A DNA stretch of 64,000 nt from Eukaryota sp. TZLM1-RC (taxonomy: Eukaryota > Protista > Metamonada: BaSk clade). The stretch is taken from assembly GCA_040285825.1 (NCBI GenBank), contig JAUPSS010000001.1, positions 1,054,001-1,118,000 on the forward strand. The letters are read 5' to 3'. Positions 56,402 to 64,000 of this stretch are shown piece after piece (position 1 is the first letter of the stretch; each line of letters opens with the position of its first letter). Made by a program: the position numbers and the translations under genes. The notes beneath the pieces were generated by a model that was not told the DNA's origin, searched no databases, and was given only the letters and a program-made list of their open reading frames with translations.

Positions 56402-59400
56402 ATGGCCAGCGAAGACGATACTTCCCTAAACACAGAGGTTGTTGTTGAAGGGTTCCCAGAGCATGAAGTGCAAGATGATCAAGTAGAAACTGAATCTCGA
56501 TCTCAATCTGAATCTGAAGCAGCTACAGTAACTGTTGTAGATCACCAACCTACTGATCCCGATCCTGACGTTGTTGTCACTGATATGAAGCAACAAACCA
56601 ACCAAAACTCAATGGTACCAACGCATGTGTCTAATATCCCAACTTTTGACTCTCACATATCAAGGGAGCCCGATAGCTCTTATATACCAGGATATTGCAA
56701 TCCTCTACCCATTGTTGCTCATCAAACAGAAATGTATCCAACACATGCTATTCCCAACAGTGACTCCCCACAATCTGACAACAGTAATCCTCCAAGTATG
56801 GTTGTTCTTTGACTTTAATCTTAGCTCCACCAAAATCCTTCTCCTCCTTCAAAATTGTTTCCGACCCAGAACTAATGCAAAAGATGTCCAATGTCGCCAA
56901 ATCTTCTACCAGAATCGTTTGGTCTCTTATTGGTGTTGTTACTGCCATTCTCATACTGATTGCATTGCTTCTTATCGTTAGACCTATGTCTGCTGGCCGC
57001 TCCGAACTTACAAGTGCAGTCAAAGAAGTTGAGGATTTGCAGGGCTCAACAATTGAGACATCATCGCATTCAGAAGAAGATAAATTGAAGGGAGTCACAA
57101 ACGTTGTTGAATCAGCTTTGGAAGATTTCAACGTTGACGTGAATGTGCGTTATCTTTCATCCTCAGATAGCTTTGCAGTCAACCTGGAAGTGTCTGCCAT
57201 TGCTACCTTTAGTGAACGTGTTACTTTACGTAACTTACAGTTTACGATTTCTAATGAAGGTCGTCTTGATAACGCCATGAATGTGCTTCTTGTCTCTGAT
57301 CTAAAATTCTCAATCTCTCCATTTGAAGAGGATGAAATGGTTTCAACTCTTGAAAAACACTTTACAGATAGACTCGACGCCAGAGGGCTATTGAGTTCTT
57401 CCTCTGGTACCATTTCTGTTACTGTTTCTCATATTGAAAACTACAGAAATTTCAAGCTGACACTATCTGTGAATACAGCAGAACTTTCTGAATCATTTAC
57501 TGCCGAATTCCTCAATAAGGATAGAGAAGCTTTGGAAGACGCCATTGAAGTCCTTCTTGCCTCTGATCTCAAGTTCGACATCTTTCCATTCGAACAGGAT
57601 GTGATGGTTTCAACTCTTGAAGAACATTTCACTGATATTCTTGATCGTAGAGGACTTCTTATTTCTTCTTCCGATGCAGTTGCTGTCTCTCATGTGCACA
57701 ACAATCGAGAACTTAGATTGAGACTTTCTCTCAATTCTGAAGAAGTTGATGAAATCTTTACAGCTGATTTTCAAATGGAAAATAGCGAAGCTGTCAAAGC
57801 TGCCATGGACTTGATTGTGAAGCAATTAGCCGAGGACTTTGAACTTGAGATCTCTGAAGATACGACTGAGGAAAGAGAAGCGGCACTTGAAGCAGAATGT
57901 AGGAGATGGCTTCGAGAAGCTGATTTCGATGATTTTACCGTCAGCATTAACCGTATTCTTGAAAGCAATAACTATCGAATTAAAGTTGAACGTGGATCTG
58001 CTACAAAGGAAAGATCTGAGACTGTTACATTCACTATTATAGATGCCACAGAAATTACACAGAGTTTGAAAGATGCCGAACTTAAAATCAAAAACCATGA
58101 CTTCCACTGTCTTTATGGAAATTCTGTCTATGCATCTCTTAATGCTCGTGAACAAGTCATGATGAATACTGTACAAGATGTCATTGGTGACTCTCGCATC
58201 GATGTATTTGTTGAAGCTGTGGGTTCAAACTGGGAAGTCACTATCAAGCGTGCTAATTTTGAAGAGAAGGTCACCGAAATTGAAGCTTCTTTTAATGATT
58301 TCGATCTCCAAAACCCTGACCAAATAGCTGGTGGACGCATGCACTCCGCTGTTCTCAAGTCGGGACGTCTTTACATGTTCGGAAGCAATTCAAATGGACA
58401 ACTTGGTCACGTCTCTGACAACACTGTTCCTCGTATGGTTAGGTCAGATGTAACTCAAGTAGCACTGGGTTCTACTCATACACTAGCCCTTGATTCCCGG
58501 GGATATGTTTATGCAACAGGATATAATAACCATGGTATGACAACTGCTATCCCTACTTATTCTAGGTCAACTTGGGCTCGGTCATACAAATTCCAGATTT
58601 ACTTTCACTTATGTGCGTTTGGGTATCAAAGCTGTTTATGCTGGTTTTAGTTCCTCTGGAGCTATCTCAGAAGACGGTACTCAGCTGTACTTGTGGGGAG
58701 ATAATAGACGTGGCCAAATCTCCACCACTGACGGAAACGTTTTATCTGCATCAAGAAGCTGGTCTTTCAATGATGGGACGACTTATGAAAAAGTCGCTCT
58801 GGGACGGACCCACACATTGATGCTTCCAAGTACTGGCAAGATCCGGGCAAGAGGCGGTTTGTTTCTATATTATTAATTTACCATAGCAAACAATTATGGC
58901 CAGCTTGGAGATAGCTCGAATAATGACGCAACTGGCTCTAATGTCCGTGTCTTGAGACATCGGACCTGGATGAGTAATCCTGAAATGGACAAAGTGGTCG
59001 ATATTGCTGCCGGAGTGGGTACCAGTTTCGCCATTAGAAGAGAATCTAGTTCAGAATTTCTGTTTTATTCATGGGGTTTGTAATTTCTTCTTTTATCTCA
59101 TCTCAGGATATGGTGGCAGGGGTGAACTCATGACTGGTGGTAAGAGTAACTACGACTCTGCTCGCCACCAATTTACCAAATCCTCGGCTTTGCGTGCACT
59201 GATTGCTCCTGCTTATACGTCTCTACATTTGTTAGCCAGCGGAACTGTGAGAGGTTTGTGATTTATTTTTATTTTCTAACAGTAGCCGCAGGCGAAAATG
59301 AACATGGTCTGTTGCGATTCCACAGTAGTAAAACATCAGCAACAGAAATTGCGGTAAATGTAAAATCGATAGCTGCCAGTAGCTATGCTCGACATTTACT

Positions 59401-59527
59401 GGCTGTTCTGGAAAATGGTGAACTTATAGGTTGGGGGAGCAATATCAACGGTAATTTTGGTACAGGAACTTCAACTTCAGATGTCTACTCGTATGTTAAA
59501 GTCGGATGTGTTGTGATGGGCCATTAA
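56402..59527 (+). CDS. Type II membrane protein with ~85-aa repeats and a C-terminal RCC1/BLIP-II propeller, 990 aa, 6 exons (56402-56795, 56825-58534, 58566-58856, 58887-59075, 59107-59253, 59286-59527)
   Basis: Removing five GT-AG introns (29, 31, 30, 31, 32 nt) gives a 2973-nt ORF. It restores the RCC1 motifs GYNNHGQLGLG, GANNYGQLGD, SWGYGGRGEL and AGENEHG; TM segment IVWSLIGVVTAILILIALLLIV. Confidence 0.88.
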
Positions 59528-60599
59528 TTTTCGTTGTTGGTAGCCTATTTGGTTCAATGCATAAACACAAGGTACAATTCAAACTTGCGTGATGACCATT
59601 ATGAATATGTCATAATGTAATTGTGCTTCCTGGGACCGCATATACGAAACATGCTGGAGGAAAAAGACAACATTAGTAAGAATATTTTTTTAATAATTCT
59701 CCATCCCTCCTAAAGGCCATCACAAGTGAAATATACTCATAATTGTTCTAGGTTAATTATCCACAATGTGGAATCCATAGTACAACACTACCTTTTAGCT
59801 TCCATCTAATCTATGAAAACAGCAGACTTACCAAATACTATGAAAACATTCAGAGACTGCGACTGGAAGAACATCAATTTTTGAATTTTTCACTGATGCA
59901 GTTAATTTAATGCATCTGTTTTCTTCAGGGTATTAATGCTGCCCTGTTGAAACTCTATTCAAAAATTGTGTCAATGAAATACATCCTGCTTCAAAAATAT
60001 AATAGCAGCCTTGAAATGATTTGTAGAAAGATCCCAAAATCCAAGACAATCTTTAAGTGATCTTTTATGACAGCAAATAAATCTGATGCCATCAAAGCAT
60101 TATTCCCCCACAATGCTCTTGATCTGAGAGTGCTTCTTGAAATGGATACTGGTTTAACTTAATGCTGTTGAATGCTCATGTGAAATCATTCGACTGAAAA
60201 TGCTTCTAAACAGGTCTTAATGATTGTTCATGATTAGTTTTATTCTTCATTCTAGACATTTTCATAAAACTGATATTGTCAATTATATGCACCAGGTCAG
60301 CATACATAATTGTTGTGTGATGGATTCCTCGAAATGCATCTATCAATTAATCTTCTTTTCTCTGGTCATGTGCCCCAAAATTTCAATTAATTTTGTGCTA
60401 ATGTTTTAACGCAACTGAAAGAATGTTTATTGTCCGAAATTTCTAATCAAACTTACGTCAGTCTGTCTACATACCTTAGTCTAAAAGTTGTGTTGTTGAG
60501 ACGATTAATTTGGGCTCATGAAAATGTGTCAGATTCGTCTATTATCCAATGGTTTTTGATTACAACCATTGGTCAAATATTAAAAGTACAGTTTTGAAT

Positions 60600-61480
60600 T
60601 TAAGCTTGGATTTTGATGTAATACTTGGCTTGGCTAAGAAAAGGAATCCCGCTTTTGCAAATCTTTTACAAGATATGTGTCATAGCACATCTTCTGCCTT
60701 AGTAACAACAATTCCCCAAGTTTATGGCACTCTCAACTGATTTTGTGTTGGCTTTGAATATGTGATTTCGTTCCTTCTTCTGACCTGATAATTTACCTCA
60801 TTATTGAATTTGTAATTGTTCTCGAAAAATAACAATTACTCATTTGTTAAATTGTAAACCGTTTATTACTTTTAGAAACAAGGTTCATGATGTTGTAAGA
60901 GACCAATTATATTGCATGTCTAAGTCTCATAGAATTGAATCCTTTTTGAAACCTCTGGTGTCAAATCTGAATGATACCGACGATGATTTTTATAACAATA
61001 ATAGAGGTGATGTCATATTACCTGGATTGGATGGAACCTTCATTTAATTAGATGTAATATCTGTTGATCCATCTAATGCCTCAAAAGAAAGGATTGTTTA
61101 TTCTGAAATTCATAATCTTCTTTAAACTGCTGAAGATTTCAATATCAAAACATACAATGAACCTTTGTCTAAATTGTCCAGCCAACAGTATGCAAAATAC
61201 AATTTGTATCCATTTGTATTTTCTCTTTTTGGTTCACTTGCTCCAACAGCTATCCGGTTGTTCGCAGATTTTGAAATAATTGTAATGAAAAAAATTAACA
61301 GAAATTTTTACACATTGTTTTGGCAAAATAAAATTGTGTTTCTATTTCTCAGGGGATGTTGAAGTGGGTTTCTGATGCCTTGCTTTCTCTTGGATCACAC
61401 TATGAGAGAGCTGCATCTAAATGTGTTTTTTTGGGAGACATGAATTATTTAGATCTTGATTTATAGGTTTTTCGTAAATG
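60600..61480 (+). mobile_element. Decayed family B RLE non-LTR element
   Basis: Homologous to 33391..34029 with many stops; extends upstream to LGLAKKRNPAFANLL. Confidence 0.85.
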
Positions 61481-61499
61481 AATATAATTAATTTTTTTG

Positions 61500-61710
61500 A
61501 AATATCCTTAATTAATGCAAAAATAGTCAGACTTTGCGTTATCATTAATAAATCTGCCCAATCGGCCAATCTTTCAGAAAACTCAAATATTGCATTTCTG
61601 CATCTACCGATAAAAGTACATGAAGTAAGAATAGAACCCTTCGTCCAACCTAAACCGCCATAATGTGGACTAAGATAAGTATTATCAGGAATTTGGAACA
61701 TTTTACATCA
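61500..61710 (-). mobile_element. RT thumb-region fragment of an RLE non-LTR element
   Basis: YLSPHYGGLGW...FIGRCRNAIFEF parallels GGVDF...AFIGGGKNFIYEF of family A. Confidence 0.55.
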
Positions 61711-63254
61711 TAGCAGATTTGATTATTGGGAGCTTTGACTCCTGTATCTAAAGTAGACAAAGCACTAGCCCACTTGTTATCAAAGCTTTTATCTTCAAAG
61801 GATTTGCTCAATTTCTCAGATAACAGTTTTCTTGGTGCATTAGTTATTGTAATCTACAGAATTTTCAACGAAACTTTGTTCACAAGGAACCAAAAAAGTC
61901 ACAGCGAATGTCAATAGCAGACTTTTCCTTCCAATATTGATCCAAAAAACTTGTAAAATCGTCTTTCATTCGCCTTTTCAAGCATCAATCAGCAGTTTTA
62001 CATATTGTTTTTGTTCTGAAAGAAACACCACAATTTCCGCAAAATTTGTTTATCTGATAAGGAATCAGAAATCATGAAATACACAACTAAAGCTTCACAT
62101 CCTCCAAATGTGTTTCTCCTACATCAAAACAATTAATTACTAAAAAAAAGGTTAATCGTTATGAATCAGTCTATCTCATGAGCTACCTTCACGCCATCAT
62201 TAATGTATATTGATGATGGAGGTTTGTGGTTATGTTGTCCCTGAATCTCTGTGATGTTTGCATGTTGCCGTTAGGCATTGAGCTAGCTGTATGTATGGGT
62301 TAGTGTGGTAGTTAAGGTACTTACTTAGGTACTCACTAGTGGGGTATATAGTATTCTGCAAACTTTCTTTCCAACAATCCAATTTGTGATGAGATGTTTT
62401 TGTACAATAGATTATAAATGGACAGACTAAATCGTATACTTGTGTACTTGAAATCAAAAATCAGTTATCATGATATTGGATCTACGACAACAACGAAAGC
62501 AAAAGCGTCTGGTATTGATGATGTTAGATATTCCAGATCATAGACAAAACATGGTGAGAAATCATTGTTGACGGAGCGTTAAGGTTAACCAATAGGTTAT
62601 CTCTGTTACCAAGCTCACAACTCTGTGGTTTTGGCATAATTTGGTAGATCTGAAAAAGAAACAATTCTGCTCTTTGTATCAGCTTGTTGAGAAGGGTTAA
62701 AGTGTTTGCCATATGCAAACGAAAAAAAAATGTCAGAAAATGCTTGAAAGAATCCGGATTTGAGAAAACAAATGAATCAAAAGACAAACCAATATGGATA
62801 CTGGTGAAGAGAGTGAACGGTTTTGAAAGGTGAAAACCTCCCAGAACCATGTTGAAGGTTAAGTAGTTCCCAGATGCGGCAACCAGAAGTCGAGAATTGG
62901 GTGGCAAGTTAAAAAATACATAAATTTTCTCACTGCATGTCAGTCTCAGTCCCATGATCAAAGATGATTCTTGATTATATCGATTCGCTGCTAAGTGAAA
63001 CCATCCAGGAGCAGGCTTGCACTTAGCTCTACAAAGCTCATTTCCAGCCCTCGTGAAATTTGACGTTCATAGGTGAGCTCTTGTTCAACCAAAGGTAGCA
63101 ACGGAACTTTCTGTCACGCAAAACCTTCCTACCATTTGTTTGAAAATGGACTACTTGATCAGATTGAATCTTCCACTTTTTTTAAGAAATGTCAATTTGT
63201 CGAAGTAGTCCAGCATGAAATTTTTATGAATTGTGTATTAATTAATTGTTCAAC

Positions 63255-64000
63255 ATTTTTGATTAATAAACATTTTATAAATCCTTCAAGAAAACACAAC
63301 ATATATGAATTTGCTGGTCGTGTCTGGGGCACAAACCCGAAAGCTGACACCCTTATCACAATAAGAAATTCTACTGGTAGAGTGAATCTAACCAATTATG
63401 AACCATCTGAAGAACAACAACGAAGGATGGCTGATAGTTTATTAAGAGGTGAAGTACCTCAAGAAATCAATATTCCCCACGAAGTTGATTACTCATTCAA
63501 TTTGAGAAACAATAATCACACGACTAAATCTGTAGCAGAATGGGAAGCAACTTTATTCCAATTCAATTCCAAATACTGCAGATTTGATAGATTTATGAAG
63601 TATATTAAACAAAAGAATTTTGTAAATAGTATTGTTGGTCAAGTCTATCATCAAAAAATATTCAGGAAACTAAAATGGTGGGCTGAGATCAATCGCACAA
63701 GATCTGAGGCGAAGATGATCCAGAGATTCAAATCAGTAATTGGTGATCCCAGCCAAGTAGTTATTGGAATCGAAGACTGGGAACAACGAAAACACAGGAA
63801 AATCAAAGAACCTACTAAAGGAAAAAGTTTGAGAATTTGATTAAAAAGGATAGTTATAGGGTCTTTTTAATTGATGAGTTTCAAACCAGTTGTTGTTATT
63901 TCAACTGTAAAAAAGCGGAGAAAACAGTTGAAACATTCCAATGGTGCAGAAATCCTAGGCCATGGAAGAGGCATGAGATGTCTATTCGTCACTGGGTTAC
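63255..64000 (+). pseudogene. Fanzor1 (eukaryotic TnpB-like) nuclease, copy 2, running off the window end
   Basis: SVAEWEATLFQFNSK...FMKYIKQKN...FRKLKWWAEINRTRSE...IGDP..VVIGIEDW...EPTKGK, then after a stop/frameshift YRVFLIDEFQTSCCYFNC...TFQWCRNPRPW. Confidence 0.82.

Noticed and set aside
59540-60540. Possible decayed gene or transposase remnants (also 17000-17700, 23950-24950 and 62200-63200)
   Set aside because: Coding-like composition but no recognisable motif; needs a translated search.

Overview
AT-rich eukaryotic genomic window, probably from a flagellated protist; a metamonad-like lineage is inferred from the intron style, STK36 and LRRC23. It carries about nine host genes. These are a 3722-aa surface/receptor-like protein with an inverted, chimeric pseudogene copy, a VIPAS39/Vps16-C-like protein, the Fused/STK36 kinase, a Pol-beta-fold nucleotidyltransferase-like gene, a RING-kinase-coiled coil-LRR protein, LRRC23, a type II membrane RCC1-repeat protein and two hypothetical proteins. 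There is also a tRNA-Asn(GTT). Two genes are split in the ORF track and were rebuilt by hand using nine 29-32 nt spliceosomal introns, all with the putative branch-point A fixed at -7. The intergenic DNA is a patchwork of 5'-truncated RLE-type (CRE/R2-like) non-LTR retrotransposons of at least four families (called A-D here), two of them nested reciprocally with target-site duplications. It also holds a Ty3/Gypsy RT fragment, short duplicated pieces of local DNA, and two decayed copies of a Fanzor1 (eukaryotic TnpB, RNA-guided nuclease) gene with an atypical N-terminal segment. All protein calls come from motif recognition by eye; no database searches were run.
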